A DNA stretch of 32,997 bases, taken from the NCBI GenBank assembly GCA_035286865.1, contig DATECO010000170.1, positions 1 through 32,997 on the forward strand, given 5' to 3'. Of this stretch, positions 1-11,755 are shown in pieces. A program made the translations under genes and the position numbers. The notes beneath the pieces are model-generated. The model was not told the DNA's origin. It was given only the letters and a program-made list of their open reading frames with translations, and ran no database searches. The DNA comes from Nitrospiria bacterium. GTDB lineage: Bacteria > Nitrospirota > Nitrospiria > DATECO01. Positions within the stretch are counted from its first letter, which is position 1. Each line of letters begins with the position of its first letter.

Positions 1-935
1 TGGACACTCCCCAATCTCAGAAACTCCGCCTTTTCCAGCCCTGGGATCATCCGAAAGACCCGTTTTTGCTCTGGCCATTTCAGCTTGGTTTGAAACCCTA
101 CCATGTTATAACAGGAACCGAATAGATCCTCCTGCCTCAACTGGACCACCGCGAAGGGGCGTCCTCCAGTCCGAGGATCCACCAGGCCTACTGGCTTCAT
201 CGCGCCGAACAACAGTGTCTGTCGACCCCGTTCCGCTTGGACCTCAATAGGGGTACAGCCCTCGAAATAAGGGATCTTCTCAAAGGCTCTGAGGGGGACT
301 TTTTCCGCAGCCAGCAAGGCCTCATAGAAACGGTTATACTCCGGCTCATTCATGGGGCAGTTGACATAATCAGAGCCTCCCTTATTGTATCGGGAGGCCC
401 GAAAGATCATCTCGTAATTGATCGTTTCCCCATCCACAATGGGAGATATCGCATCATAGAAGTAAAGATGTTCTGCCCGGGTAAATCGTCGCAGGTGGTT
501 GGCCAGGGCATCCGAGGTCAAGGGGCCGGTAGAGATGATCTTGGGGACCCCTTCCGGGGGCTCGGACAACTCCTCTCGGTGAAGATCGATGCCCGGATGG
601 CTTTCGATCTCCTTGGTTACCTTCCTTGCAAATTCCTCACGATCCACCGCCAGGGCAGATCCGGCAGGTACCTTGCATCCCTCTGCGATCCTCAGGATAA
701 TGGAATTCATCCTTCGCATCTCTTCTTTCAAGAGCCCGGACGCATTGAGGATATCCACCGAGCCCATGGAATTACTGCAGACCAGCTCGGCCAGATGGCC
801 AGTCTTGTGCGCCGCAGTGGGCCGATGGGGTCGCATCTCATAGAGGGCCACCCGTATCCCGCGCTGGGCCGCTTGCCACGCCGCCTCACAGCCGGCCAGG
901 CCTCCCCCGATGATGACCAAATCTGCTGTGGCCAT
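1..935 (-). CDS. trmFO: Methylenetetrahydrofolate--tRNA-(uracil-5-)-methyltransferase TrmFO (Gid), 5' part only; C-terminus lies beyond the left edge
   Basis: Absent from the ORF track because it runs off the window. Minus-strand translation from ATG at 935-933 reads [59 protein letters not shown]. This is an FAD GxGxxG N-terminus very close to TrmFO/Gid. The frame stays open to position 1 (...[19 protein letters not shown]). It also fits the classic dprA-topA-trmFO synteny. The plus ORF 237..962 is its antisense shadow. Confidence 0.85.
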   Translation of the reverse strand, partial: MATADLVIIGGGLAGCEAAWQAAQRGIRVALYEMRPHRPTAAHKTGHLAELVCSNSMGSVDILNASGLLKEEMRRMNSIILRIAEGCKVPAGSALAVDREEFARKVTKEIESHPGIDLHREELSEPPEGVPKIISTGPLTSDALANHLRRFTRAEHLYFYDAISPIVDGETINYEMIFRASRYNKGGSDYVNCPMNEPEYNRFYEALLAAEKVPLRAFEKIPYFEGCTPIEVQAERGRQTLLFGAMKPVGLVDPRTGGRPFAVVQLRQEDLFGSCYNMVGFQTKLKWPEQKRVFRMIPGLEKAEFLRLGSV

Positions 936-1083
936 TTTAATTTTAACTTTCCCCGCTCATGACTGATCCCTGCATACTGCGCCTGTATGGGTAAGGACAT
1001 TTTAAATGAAACCAGGGAAACATTCAAGTCTTCGAAGATCCTGGAGGCAATCAAGGCGGGATGATCGCAATAGAGCTGCTGCT

Positions 1084-3411
1084 TTAGGGCGATTCTTTAT
1101 ACCCGCATTCCTTCTCAGGGCACTGCACGCGGGTCTGTTTGCTCTTGCGATCGTATCTTTCCACGAGATAAGGGACCTTACATTCTGGACAAGGCCGAGG
1201 CAGTGGTCGATCCCAAAGGGCAAAGTCGCACTGTGGATAACGACCGCAGGCGAAGAAGACCTTCCCCTTTTTCGTTCGCTTCTCGGTCAGGTCCCCGCCA
1301 CAGTCTGGCCTTGGACATTTCACCCCTGTGCTCACGGCCTTGGTAAACTTGCAGTCAGGATACCGGGAACAGGCCACAAATCTTCCAAACCGCCCATTCT
1401 TAATCACCATGGGGCTTCCGCAGCGCTCGCAGAGATCGGAGGTGCTGGTCTCCTTTTGGACGACCGAGATATCCCCGGACTCATCCTCCATAAATTCTTT
1501 GGTGTTCCGACACCCCGGGTAGCCTGTGCAAGCTAGAAATCGGCCATTCCTGCCCCAGCGGATCACCATCGGCAACCCACATCGATCACAAGCGATCTCA
1601 GTAGGGATCTCCTCCCGCTTAAGATCCCTCATCTCAGACTGGGCCTTTTCCAGACGTTTGTGAAAAGGTTCATAGAAATCCCGCACGGTGTCTACCCATC
1701 GCTTGTCGCCCTCCTCGATCTCATCCAGTTCCTCTTCCATCCGGGCGGTGAACTCCACGTTTAGTACATCCGGAAAGTGGGTGACTAAGAGCTCATTCAC
1801 AATACCCCCCAGCTCGGTCGGTTTGAACCGGGCTTCCACCTTCTCCACATATTTGCGATCCTGGATGGTAGAGGTGATGGTATGGTAAGTACTGGGGCGA
1901 CCGATGGCCCTCTCCTCAAGCTCCTTAATTAATAAGGCTTCATTGTAACGTGGGGGAGGCTGGGTGAAGTGTTGTTTGGGCTTCAGGGCGATCAGCTCCA
2001 GCCGTTCCCCCTCTTGCAGGGCGGGTAAGATCCCTTCCCCCTCTTGTTGCGCAGGGGCGCCTCCATCCTCCCCCTCCTGGCCCTTCACCGACCCGTCTGG
2101 GGTGTCCGCCTTAGGCGGATTTGTTGCCCCGTTGTCTTGGCCCTCTACATAGACCACCGTGAAGCCCGGGAACTTGGTCACGGTCCCAGTTGCGCGAAAG
2201 AGATACTCTCTCGCTGCGATGTCTACCCGGGTCACGTCCAGGATGGCCGGGTTCATCTGGCTGGCCAAAAACCGATTCCAGATCAGCTTATAGAGCTGAT
2301 AGTGATCCCGGTGCAAAAACGATTTGAGTGCTTCCGGATCCCGATGAACGGAGGTGGGCCTGATCGCCTCGTGGGCATCCTGAGAGCCCTTTCTGTTTTT
2401 ATAGATGTTGGGATGCTCGGGTAAATAGTCCTGGCCGTATTGGCTCTGGATAAATTCTCTGGCCTCCTGTTGGGCCTCCGGTGCTAGCCGGGTGGAGTCT
2501 GTGCGTAGGTAGGTGATGAGACCCACCGGCCCTTCTTCTCCTATTTCCACCCCCTCATAGAGCTGTTGGGCAAGCATCATGGTCCTTTTGGGGCTGAACC
2601 TGAGCTTTCTGGCCGCTTCCTGCTGGAGCTGACTGGTCGTAAAGGGGGGAGCCGGATTTCGTTTCTTTTCCTTGCGCTCGATCTGCTGTACAACATAGGT
2701 TAATCCTTGCAGGCCCTCCACCCGCTGGTGGGCCTGGGCCTCCGTTGAGATCTTGAGTGGCTGGCCCGCGATTGAATGCAATCGGGCCTCGAATGGCGGG
2801 GGAACTGCCCTTGAGAGTTGTGCGGTGATAGACCAGTATTCCTCCGGGACAAAGGCCTTGATCTCTTCTTCCCTCTCACAGATGAGCCGCACCGCGACGG
2901 ATTGTACACGGCCGGCACTTAAGCCCATCCTCACCTTTTCCCAAAGTATGGGGCTGATCTTGTAGCCCACAATTCGATCCAGGATCCGCCGGGCCTGTTG
3001 GGCATTGACCTTCTTCTGGTCGATCTTTCCGGGCTGGGCCAGGGCTTTTTTTACCCCCTTCTCGGTGATTTCATGAAAAAGCACCCGATAGATCTTGTCC
3101 TGTTTCCCATTTAATTCCTCGGCAATATGCCAGGCAATGGCTTCCCCCTCCCGGTCGGGATCGGGGCCCAGGTAGACCTTGTCAGCTGCCTTGGCCGCCT
3201 TCTTGATCTCATCCAGGATCTTCTTCTTTCCGCGGATGATAACGTATCGGGGTTCAAAATTCTTATCAAGGTCCACCCCGAACTTGCTCTTCGGCAAATC
3301 CTTGATATGGCCGACTGAGGCCATCACGTTAAAATTTTTCCCCAAATACTTCTTGAGGGTCTTGGCCTTTGAGGGGGACTCGACAATGATGAGAGACTTG
3401 GACATATTCAA
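1084..3411 (-). CDS. topA: DNA topoisomerase I (type IA) with four C-terminal C4 zinc ribbons
   Basis: 775 aa. TOPRIM N-terminus LIIVESPSKAKTLKKYLG and DPDREGEAIAWH. Active-site tyrosine context GLITYLRTDST. Four CxxC...C..C zinc-finger repeats at the C-terminus. Confidence 0.97.
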   Translation of the reverse strand: MNMSKSLIIVESPSKAKTLKKYLGKNFNVMASVGHIKDLPKSKFGVDLDKNFEPRYVIIRGKKKILDEIKKAAKAADKVYLGPDPDREGEAIAWHIAEELNGKQDKIYRVLFHEITEKGVKKALAQPGKIDQKKVNAQQARRILDRIVGYKISPILWEKVRMGLSAGRVQSVAVRLICEREEEIKAFVPEEYWSITAQLSRAVPPPFEARLHSIAGQPLKISTEAQAHQRVEGLQGLTYVVQQIERKEKKRNPAPPFTTSQLQQEAARKLRFSPKRTMMLAQQLYEGVEIGEEGPVGLITYLRTDSTRLAPEAQQEAREFIQSQYGQDYLPEHPNIYKNRKGSQDAHEAIRPTSVHRDPEALKSFLHRDHYQLYKLIWNRFLASQMNPAILDVTRVDIAAREYLFRATGTVTKFPGFTVVYVEGQDNGATNPPKADTPDGSVKGQEGEDGGAPAQQEGEGILPALQEGERLELIALKPKQHFTQPPPRYNEALLIKELEERAIGRPSTYHTITSTIQDRKYVEKVEARFKPTELGGIVNELLVTHFPDVLNVEFTARMEEELDEIEEGDKRWVDTVRDFYEPFHKRLEKAQSEMRDLKREEIPTEIACDRCGLPMVIRWGRNGRFLACTGYPGCRNTKEFMEDESGDISVVQKETSTSDLCERCGSPMVIKNGRFGRFVACSRYPDCKFTKAVSTGVKCPRPDCGGDLTEKRTKKGKVFFACGRYPQCDFALWDRPLPRPCPECKVPYLVERYDRKSKQTRVQCPEKECGYKESP

Positions 3412-3435
3412 AAACTCCTTACGGTTCTTAAGGTA

Positions 3436-4548
3436 TCAGTTCCGAACATAGAGATGGCCGCTCAAATGTTTAACAGTTCCCTTGAGCTCAAGTTGCAGTA
3501 AAACTCCGCTGACCTGGGCAGAAGGAAGACGGCTCTGGGTAATAAGTTCGTCGATGTGTCTGGGCTCATCGGAGAGCATTTCATAAAGGGCCGCCTCGAT
3601 CGGCTCCAGATCGACCTGTTGCCTCTCGCGGACCACTCGTCCGCCACCCTCCATCTGGGGGTTAAGTTCCTCCAAGATGTCCTGGATATCCTCCACCAAT
3701 TTGGCCCCGGCCTTGATCAGCCGATTAGTGCCCAGGCTGTTAGTCGCACCAAGATTGCCGGGAATGGCGAATACCTCCCGGCCCTGTTCCAGCGCACACT
3801 GGGCTGTGATGAGGGACCCGCTCCGCTCGGCGGCCTCCACCACGAGGGTTCCTAGGGAAAGTCCGCTGATGATGCGGTTGCGGTGTGGGAAGTGGGCTGG
3901 CAACGGGGAAGTCCCCAGCGGGAATTCAGAAATCACCGCACCGCGCTGAGCAATCTTCTCACGCAGTTCTGCATTTTCAGGGGGATACAGATTATCCAGG
4001 CCACACCCCAAAACCGCGATGGTCCTGCCCTCAGCAGCCAGGGCCCCCAAATGGGCAGCACTGTCAACCCCTCTGGCCAGGCCACTCACGATCGTAAATC
4101 CGTGGGCGGAGAGTTCACTGGCTATCCGCTCGGCGGTCCGTATCCCATAAGGGCTGGCCTTACGGGAACCCACGATGGCCACCGCCTGGTTGTCGGAAGG
4201 CAGAAGCTCGCCTCTGATATAAAGAATCGGGGGCGGGTCATTAATGGCCGAAAGCGATTTCGGATAGCCCGGATCCTTCAAGGTGATCACCGTGATACCC
4301 TCTCGCCTGAGCTTCTTCACTTCGGCCTGGGCCTGGTGTTGGGCAGAGGGCTTCTTGAGTGCCCCGGCCAGGTGCTCTGAGAAGCTTGCCCGCTCCATGA
4401 TCTCATTCATCGAGGCGGAAAACACTGCCTGGGAGGAGTCAAACACCTCCATCAGTCTCTTAAGAGCGGCGTCCCCGAGCCGCGGGATCTTTTTTAACGC
4501 TAGCCATCCGATCAGTTCTTGGTCAGACATAAGGACCTTCGCGGGCAA
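3436..4548 (-). CDS. dprA: DNA-processing protein DprA (Smf)
   Basis: 370 aa. Rossmann-like DprA core motifs VAIVGSRKASPYG and GLARGVDSAAH, FAIPG, and a C-terminal winged-helix-like tail. Sits directly upstream of topA. Confidence 0.93.
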   Translation of the reverse strand: MPAKVLMSDQELIGWLALKKIPRLGDAALKRLMEVFDSSQAVFSASMNEIMERASFSEHLAGALKKPSAQHQAQAEVKKLRREGITVITLKDPGYPKSLSAINDPPPILYIRGELLPSDNQAVAIVGSRKASPYGIRTAERIASELSAHGFTIVSGLARGVDSAAHLGALAAEGRTIAVLGCGLDNLYPPENAELREKIAQRGAVISEFPLGTSPLPAHFPHRNRIISGLSLGTLVVEAAERSGSLITAQCALEQGREVFAIPGNLGATNSLGTNRLIKAGAKLVEDIQDILEELNPQMEGGGRVVRERQQVDLEPIEAALYEMLSDEPRHIDELITQSRLPSAQVSGVLLQLELKGTVKHLSGHLYVRN

Positions 4549-4651
4549 AGGTTTTCAAAAATTTAATGATATCCATCTAAGTCCAACCTGTCAAGGAGCG
4601 ATGATGATAGGAGGGACAGAAGCGGGGCTCATAGACAGCTTTTGCAATTGA

Positions 4652-6181
4652 TTACAACGCGACAATATCATATTGCTCGAGGTGCAAGCTCTGGTCCGCT
4701 TTGATGACGATCTTCTTATGGAATTGGCGTTCTAAATCCTCAATGCCCTGACGTTCCTCATCATAGAGGAGGTTAGCCACATTGGGGTGGACTCCAATGA
4801 TCATCTTTTTCTCCCTGGGAGATAGACCTAGCCGGCGGATCTCCCGAAAGATTTCGTAGCACACCGTGGTGGGTGACTTGGTGTTTCCCCGCCCTTCACA
4901 GTACGGGCAGGGGTCGCAGAGGATCCGGAGCAGGTTCTCACGGACCCGCTCGCGCGACATCTCGACCAGCCCCAATTCTGTGATCGGGAGGATATGGGTC
5001 CTGGCACGGTCCTGGATTAAAGCCTCCCTCAGAGTACTATAGACCTTTTCCCGGTTCTTCTCCTTTTCCATATCGATGAAGTCAATGATGATGATCCCCC
5101 CAATATTTCTCAATCGGAGCTGATAGGCAATCTCCTTGACTGCCTCAAGATTGGTCTTGAGGATGGTTTCTTCTAGGTCACGTTTTCCCACGTACCGTCC
5201 GGTGTTCACATCGATCACCGTCAGCGCCTCGGGATAATCGATCACGATGTAACCGCCTGACTTTAGCCACACCTTTTTGCTTAGGGCCTTGGAGATCTCG
5301 ATTTCGATTCCAAAGGCATCAAAGAGGGGCTCCTCCTTCTCGTACAACTCCACACGGCTGCTGAGCGATGGCAGATAGGTCTCCACAAACCCCTTGATCC
5401 GCCCATGCTCCTGCTTGGAATCGATAATCAGCCGTTCTACCCGGGAGGTGAAAAGATCCCGGACGATCCGGAAGGCCAGATCAAGATCGGTATGCAGGAG
5501 GGCAGGAGCGCCCACACCCTCCTTTTTGATCATGATGTTTTGCCACAACCTCTCCAGGAACTCCATGTCGGACCGGAATTCTTCCTCGGAGAGCCCCTCG
5601 CTCACGGTCCGGATGATGTATCCCACACCGGGTTTACGCATTCCCAGAATCATCTCCTTGAGCCTGGCCCGTTCCTCATCACGCTCAATCCTCCTGGAGA
5701 CGCCCACATGGTTGACGGTGGGCATATACACCAGATAGCGGCCCGGAAGGGAGAGATAGGTGGTCACCCGGGGACCCTTAGTCCCCCTGGGTTCCTTGGA
5801 GATCTGAACGACGATCTCCTGCCCCTCTTGGAGAAGATCCTCAATCGTGTGGGAATTTCCCTTCCCACGCCTTGGGGGTTCGGGTTCTAGCTCGATCTTC
5901 TCATCCTCTTCCTCATCGATCGGAGGGGCCTGCTCCTCTGTCTGATCGGCCATGTCCGCCACGTCTGCCACATGAAGAAAGGCGGCCCGTTCATGACCGA
6001 TGTCCACAAACGCGGACTGCATCCCTGGCAACACCTTGACTACGCGTCCTTTGTAGACATTCCCCACAATCCCATGATCCTTTTTCCGATCGATAAAGAG
6101 CTCAGTGAGGATCTTATTTTCCAGCAGCGCGACCCGTGTCTCCTCTTTTGTGGCATTGATCACAATCTCCATAGAAATCAC
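4652..6181 (-). CDS. rng: Rne/Rng-family endoribonuclease (RNase G-like)
   Basis: 509 aa. S1 domain GNVYKGRVVKVLPGMQSAFVDIG. Catalytic DNase-I-like region with IIIDFIDM. Zn-link CPYCEGRG. GTG start at 6181, preceded by AAGGA. Confidence 0.9.
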   Translation of the reverse strand: MISMEIVINATKEETRVALLENKILTELFIDRKKDHGIVGNVYKGRVVKVLPGMQSAFVDIGHERAAFLHVADVADMADQTEEQAPPIDEEEDEKIELEPEPPRRGKGNSHTIEDLLQEGQEIVVQISKEPRGTKGPRVTTYLSLPGRYLVYMPTVNHVGVSRRIERDEERARLKEMILGMRKPGVGYIIRTVSEGLSEEEFRSDMEFLERLWQNIMIKKEGVGAPALLHTDLDLAFRIVRDLFTSRVERLIIDSKQEHGRIKGFVETYLPSLSSRVELYEKEEPLFDAFGIEIEISKALSKKVWLKSGGYIVIDYPEALTVIDVNTGRYVGKRDLEETILKTNLEAVKEIAYQLRLRNIGGIIIIDFIDMEKEKNREKVYSTLREALIQDRARTHILPITELGLVEMSRERVRENLLRILCDPCPYCEGRGNTKSPTTVCYEIFREIRRLGLSPREKKMIIGVHPNVANLLYDEERQGIEDLERQFHKKIVIKADQSLHLEQYDIVAL

Positions 6182-6259
6182 TCAGTCCTTTGAATTCCTG
6201 TTTTTCGACCTTTCAATTATAACAGCCCAAATCCCAAACCACAAACCACTCCACCGTTT

Positions 6260-7375
6260 CTAGTAAAAGAGCATGAACCGACGCATCTTCACATTCATGA
6301 TGAGGCCAAGCAGGGCCATGGTGGTCACCATCGACGAGCCCCCATAGCTCATCAGGGGCAGCGGGAGACCTACCACAGGGGTCACTCCCAGTGTCATCCC
6401 AATGTTAATGGCTAGATAGAAGACCAGAATAGCCACTGCCCCCCCGGCGAGGAGCGCCCCGAGAGGGTCTTTGGCCTTGTACGCTGCCTCCACCCCCCAC
6501 AGGAGGAGTGTCAGGTAGAGCCCCAACAGTATGATCACGCCGATAAATCCCCACTCCTCGGCAAAGACCGCGAAGATAAAGTCTGTATGGCCCATGGGAA
6601 GAAATTTGAGCTGGCTCTGGGTCCCTTCAAGGAACCCTTTCCCTATCAAACCGCCGGAGCCGATAGCGATCTTGGATTGGATGATGTGGTACCCCGTGCC
6701 CAGAGGATCGGCCATGGGGTTTAAAAAGGTCAACAGACGATCCCGCTGATAGTCCTTCAGGGAGTGCCAGAAAAAATGCCAGAAAAAAGGAAACAGCATC
6801 AGCGAGACTAGAAATCCGAAGATCACCAACCGAGACTTTGGGCCCACCAGAAGAACCATCACCATAAACATAAAGCTGATGGCCAGCGCCGTTCCAAGAT
6901 CCGGCTGTTTTAGAACCAATAAGACCGGTGCCGCGACCATCAGGATCGGGATCGGTAACTGTGTCAGGCCCAGACCATGCCGGCTGGAGCGCCCAGAGAA
7001 GTCCTTGGCCAGTACCAACAGCAGGGACAGCTTCAATAGTTCTGAGGGCTGAAGGTCAAAAAAGCCCAGAGAGATCCACCGCTGGGCCCCCTGGCCTACC
7101 CTTCCCACAAGATCTACAATTACGAGAAGCCCAAGGGAGATTCCGTAAAAGAGGTAGGCGTAGCGGCATAGGTTGTGATAATCGACCAGAATGATCCCCA
7201 AGAAAAACGCAAGGCCAAGGCCGATCCAGAAAAACTGTTTGAGATAGAGGGGAAATCCGGCCGTTTTTTGAGGTGCGGTCACACTATAAATGCAAAGCAG
7301 ACCGATCCCTGCAATGAGGAACATGACCAGGAAGAATTTCAGATCAAAGTTGATGATAAGACGCCGGTCGATCAC
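6260..7375 (-). CDS. rodA: Rod-shape-determining SEDS protein RodA (peptidoglycan glycosyltransferase)
   Basis: FtsW/RodA/SpoVE family motifs QPSELLKL and GHTDFIFAVFAEEWGF; about 10 predicted TM segments. The track ORF extends to 7450. I place the start at GTG 7375 (VIDRRLIINFDLKFF), which has AGGAG 10 nt upstream. The longer form would overlap mrdA by 107 nt. Confidence 0.88.
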   Translation of the reverse strand: MIDRRLIINFDLKFFLVMFLIAGIGLLCIYSVTAPQKTAGFPLYLKQFFWIGLGLAFFLGIILVDYHNLCRYAYLFYGISLGLLVIVDLVGRVGQGAQRWISLGFFDLQPSELLKLSLLLVLAKDFSGRSSRHGLGLTQLPIPILMVAAPVLLVLKQPDLGTALAISFMFMVMVLLVGPKSRLVIFGFLVSLMLFPFFWHFFWHSLKDYQRDRLLTFLNPMADPLGTGYHIIQSKIAIGSGGLIGKGFLEGTQSQLKFLPMGHTDFIFAVFAEEWGFIGVIILLGLYLTLLLWGVEAAYKAKDPLGALLAGGAVAILVFYLAINIGMTLGVTPVVGLPLPLMSYGGSSMVTTMALLGLIMNVKMRRFMLFY

Positions 7376-9182
7376 GTTTGATAAACTCCTCGATGACCAT
7401 TCTAGCAATCGGCGCGGCTGCAGATCCGCCGTGCCCCCCATGTTCCACAAGCGCCACGACCACGATTCTCGGATGATCTAATGGGGCCAGCGCCACAAAC
7501 CAGGCATGATCCTTGAACTTCTTGGGCGTGTTTTCCTCGTTCATCCAAGGCCTTATCCCTACCACCTGAGCCGTCCCAGTCTTTCCGCCGATGTCTACCA
7601 GCTTTGTGGAGGCTGCTCTGCCTGTCCCATGATCCTCTGAAACCACCCCCCCCAGCGCGCGATACAGTGTGGCGATGGTCTGCTCACGAAGCTCAATCAT
7701 CCCTGTCAATACCGGCGAGGATTCACCGAGACTCCCCTTGGGCCCTTTCATTTCCTTAAGGATCCTTGGCTGATACTGGTAGCCATGGGTGGCAATGGTG
7801 CTCACCACCATGGCCATTTGCAAGGGCGTCACTGTAATATAGCCCTGTCCTATAGCAGCCGAGAGCGTCTCCCCGGGGTACCAGGGCTCCCCTCGTGCCG
7901 TCTGCTTCCAGGCGGTCGTTGGGATCAGCCCGGACTTTTCGGAGGCGAGTGGGATCCCTGTGGGGCGGCCCAGGCCGAAGCGCTTGGCATACTCTGCCAG
8001 GGTATCAATCCCAAGGCGTCTACCCGCCTCATAGAAGAAGACATCACAGGATTCTACGATGGCCCGGTGCAGGCCCACCACCCCATGGCCACCCTTCTTC
8101 CAGTCCCGATATAGACGTTTTCCAAACCTCAGCCCTCCACTGCAGTTCACGGTAAAAGAGGGGGGAATCACATCGGTTTCGAGGAGTGCAGTGCTGACCA
8201 CAATCTTGAAAACCGACCCAGGGGGGTACTGCCCCTGGAGGACGCGGTTGTTCATCGGGTGGCGGGGGTCTTCAGCCAGGGCCTCCCAGGCGGCTGGGGT
8301 CAATACACCCGAAAGGAGGTTTGGATCAAAGGGCGGGTGACTCACCATGGCCAATATATCGCCCGTCCAGGGGTCCAGGGCCACCACCGCGCCTGAGCCT
8401 TCCCCTAGGGCAGCTTCTGCTGTCCGTTGTAGGTCAAGATCCAGGGTTAGGTAGAGGTCATTCCCTTTAATGGGCTCCTGTACCCTTAATATGCGGCGTT
8501 CATGCCCCTGGACATCCACCTCGATGCTTTTTTGACCCTGTTTGCCCCGAATCCAGGCATCATAGGTCTTCTCCACCCCATACTGGCCCACGATGCTTCC
8601 GGGTGAGATATCCAGGTAAGTTCTCTGATCAAGCTGTTCTGGAGAGACTTCGCCCACATGTCCAAGAAAGTGTGCGGCCAGGCCACCATGAATATAATTC
8701 CGCTTGACCTCCGCCTCAATCCTCACCCCAGGAAGGTCCGGGAAGTGCCCCTCGATCAAGGCCGCCTCTTTAAGGGTAAGATCAGTTTTGATCTTGAGGG
8801 GCCTTGAGGGGGCAAGGTTTTTTTTAGCCAAGACCCTCTGATTTAACTCATCCTTTGAAACCCCAATATATCTACTGAGTCTCCCGAGTGTATCCTCAAG
8901 ATCGGGAATATCTTCCAGGACTAGGTAGAGGTTAAAGCTGGGCGTGTTGTTGACCAGTAGGTTTCCATTGCGATCATAAAGAAATCCCCGTGGGGCAGTA
9001 ATCTCAACCAATCGGGCCCGATTATTTTCCGCCATCCCGCGGTAATAATTTCCCTGAAAGACCTGGAGATACCAGGCCCGTGCAAGCAGAAAGCAGAGCA
9101 CCAGCAGGACAAATCCTGCCAGCCATGCCGCCCTATTTCTGATCTCGCCGGCCTCTTCCTGAAGATATGAAGTATCATTCAT
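7344..9182 (-). CDS. mrdA: Penicillin-binding protein 2 (elongasome transpeptidase)
   Basis: 612 aa. N-terminal TM anchor, SxxK box GSVFK, and KTGTA box. Lies between mreD and rodA. Confidence 0.93.
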   Translation of the reverse strand: MNDTSYLQEEAGEIRNRAAWLAGFVLLVLCFLLARAWYLQVFQGNYYRGMAENNRARLVEITAPRGFLYDRNGNLLVNNTPSFNLYLVLEDIPDLEDTLGRLSRYIGVSKDELNQRVLAKKNLAPSRPLKIKTDLTLKEAALIEGHFPDLPGVRIEAEVKRNYIHGGLAAHFLGHVGEVSPEQLDQRTYLDISPGSIVGQYGVEKTYDAWIRGKQGQKSIEVDVQGHERRILRVQEPIKGNDLYLTLDLDLQRTAEAALGEGSGAVVALDPWTGDILAMVSHPPFDPNLLSGVLTPAAWEALAEDPRHPMNNRVLQGQYPPGSVFKIVVSTALLETDVIPPSFTVNCSGGLRFGKRLYRDWKKGGHGVVGLHRAIVESCDVFFYEAGRRLGIDTLAEYAKRFGLGRPTGIPLASEKSGLIPTTAWKQTARGEPWYPGETLSAAIGQGYITVTPLQMAMVVSTIATHGYQYQPRILKEMKGPKGSLGESSPVLTGMIELREQTIATLYRALGGVVSEDHGTGRAASTKLVDIGGKTGTAQVVGIRPWMNEENTPKKFKDHAWFVALAPLDHPRIVVVALVEHGGHGGSAAAPIARMVIEEFIKRDRPASYHQL

Positions 9183-9194
9183 CGTTTTCTATTT

Positions 9195-9764
9195 CTATGC
9201 TTTTTTCTCAACTCTGGTGGAAGAATTGCTGCCTCTCCCCAAAGCGGATAAGGCGGGGTTCCTTAACCACTCTTGGGCCGTGCTCTGTTTAGGCAGAAAT
9301 CTTCTTGAGAGAAACCAAAAAAGACAGCACCCCACCAGCCCATCATAGATGGCCTGGGGGAGCATGATCTGGCTTAAGAAAACCAACAAGTCTTCTGGCT
9401 CCGAGGTGATATAGGACACGAGCAAAAAGACAAGCCCCTGGATAACAGAGCAAAGGGCGATGATGACGCCCGTGAAAATTACACTCACATTCATAAGGGT
9501 TCGACCGAGAAGCCCTGCCAGAAATCCGAGGGTCAGCTTGGTGACAAGGTGAATCCCCCATACTCCACCGGACATTAAATCCATTAAATATCCCAAGGCC
9601 AACCCTGTCATGACGCCCCGCACCTCACCCCCGAATATCCCGAAAAAATAAACCACAATCAATGCCAGATCCGGCTTTATTCCCAGAATAGTGACTTCCT
9701 CCAAGAGGGTGGTCTGGAAAAGGATCAAGGAAATAAGACCCAAAATATATAATACCGGTTTCAT
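9195..9764 (-). CDS. mreD: Rod-shape-determining protein MreD
   Basis: 189-aa polytopic membrane protein. ATGA start/stop overlap with mreC. Canonical mreBCD position. Confidence 0.8.
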   Translation of the reverse strand: MKPVLYILGLISLILFQTTLLEEVTILGIKPDLALIVVYFFGIFGGEVRGVMTGLALGYLMDLMSGGVWGIHLVTKLTLGFLAGLLGRTLMNVSVIFTGVIIALCSVIQGLVFLLVSYITSEPEDLLVFLSQIMLPQAIYDGLVGCCLFWFLSRRFLPKQSTAQEWLRNPALSALGRGSNSSTRVEKKA

Positions 9765-10633
9765 GGCCTCAAGATTACCAAAACTTCTTCAATCTTTGCA
9801 AAATCCACCGTCGGTTTAATCCGTACCACCTGGAACAGCGCGTTCTCTTTCTTCTGGACCTCCAGGACTTGCCCAATCATCATCCCCTTTGGAAAGATGC
9901 CGGTCAGTCCCGAGGTCAGAATCATGTCCCCCGCCCCCACCTCCGAAAGGATTGGGAGATATTTCATCCGGGCGAGCCCCCCCTCCGTCCCCTCTACAAG
10001 TCCTTCATCCCGTGTCCGCTGTACAAGTGCAGCGATGGAGCTGTTTTGATCTGTTAGCAACAGGACCTGGGAGGCCTCGGGTGTCGTCCGGATGACCCTG
10101 CCGACCACACCGGCCGGTGTGATTACCCCCATGTCCACTCCAAGGCCATCCTGTTCTCCCTTATTGATCATGACTGTTTTGTGCCAGTTCGTTGGATCCC
10201 GGCCCACCACCCTTGCTGCGGTCAATTTAATTGGAGAGGTATTTTTTAAATCGAGGAGCTGCTGGAGACGACTGTTCTCCAAGGCTAGCTCTTGTAGACG
10301 GAGATTCTCAGCCTGAAGTTGATGTAACTGCTCCACGAATCTCTGGTTCTCCCTCCTTGCCTGGACCAAGGCAATATATCCTCGCCACACGTCTCCAACT
10401 TCCCCGGTCAGCGCCGTCAATCCTGTTTGAAAACGGACCAGGAGACTGCTTATCGGTGCACCGATAAAGTGAAAGGGCCTCTTCTGCAAACTCGGTGATA
10501 ACACGATCATCACCGCCACAAGAGACAGCATGAGGATCAACCATTTTCTATGGGTCAGTGCTGTACGAAGCATGATAATTGTTCGATGTAGGGGGGCGCG
10601 CAGATGGACTAAACAGGGTCCTCCCGTGCCCAT
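9761..10633 (-). CDS. mreC: Rod-shape-determining protein MreC
   Basis: Single N-terminal TM, a coiled coil (QLHQLQAENLRLQELALENSRLQQLL), then beta-rich domains. Start is uncertain: ATG 10573 (MLRTALTHRKW...) gives a more typical N-terminus than ATG 10633. Confidence 0.87.
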   Translation of the reverse strand: MGTGGPCLVHLRAPLHRTIIMLRTALTHRKWLILMLSLVAVMIVLSPSLQKRPFHFIGAPISSLLVRFQTGLTALTGEVGDVWRGYIALVQARRENQRFVEQLHQLQAENLRLQELALENSRLQQLLDLKNTSPIKLTAARVVGRDPTNWHKTVMINKGEQDGLGVDMGVITPAGVVGRVIRTTPEASQVLLLTDQNSSIAALVQRTRDEGLVEGTEGGLARMKYLPILSEVGAGDMILTSGLTGIFPKGMMIGQVLEVQKKENALFQVVRIKPTVDFAKIEEVLVILRP

Positions 10634-10702
10634 CGCCCCGCTCTAGAACTGGCCATCCGCCAAGGGCGGACATGTCCCTACTCTGTTTGATGTGGAAGCC
10701 TT

Positions 10703-11755
<1,053 letters not shown>

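Noticed and set aside
237-962. 241-aa plus-strand ORF, plus nested ORFs 589..843 and 728..1054
   Set aside because: It lies antisense to a clear TrmFO reading frame and has low-complexity, Arg/Gly-rich composition typical of shadow ORFs. TrmFO explains the region fully.
1006-1536. 176-aa plus-strand ORF opposite the topA 3' end, plus many similar 60-165-aa antisense ORFs across topA, dprA, rng, mrdA, mreB, dop and arc
   Set aside because: All of them overlap strongly supported genes on the other strand and show no recognisable motifs. They are treated as frame shadows.
1990-2160. Gly/Glu/Gln/Pro-rich insertion in TopA of roughly 45 aa (GQDNGATNPPKADTPDGSVKGQEGEDGGAPAQQEGEG)
   Set aside because: It falls in a loop of type IA topoisomerases known to vary in length and to be acidic. 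It is in-frame with normal flanks, so it is likely lineage-specific variation rather than a separate feature.
7376-7450. 25-codon N-terminal extension of rodA (the track start at 7450), overlapping mrdA by 107 nt
   Set aside because: The extension has no RodA-like sequence. GTG 7375 has a good AGGAG and gives the canonical N-terminus. The extension is probably not translated.
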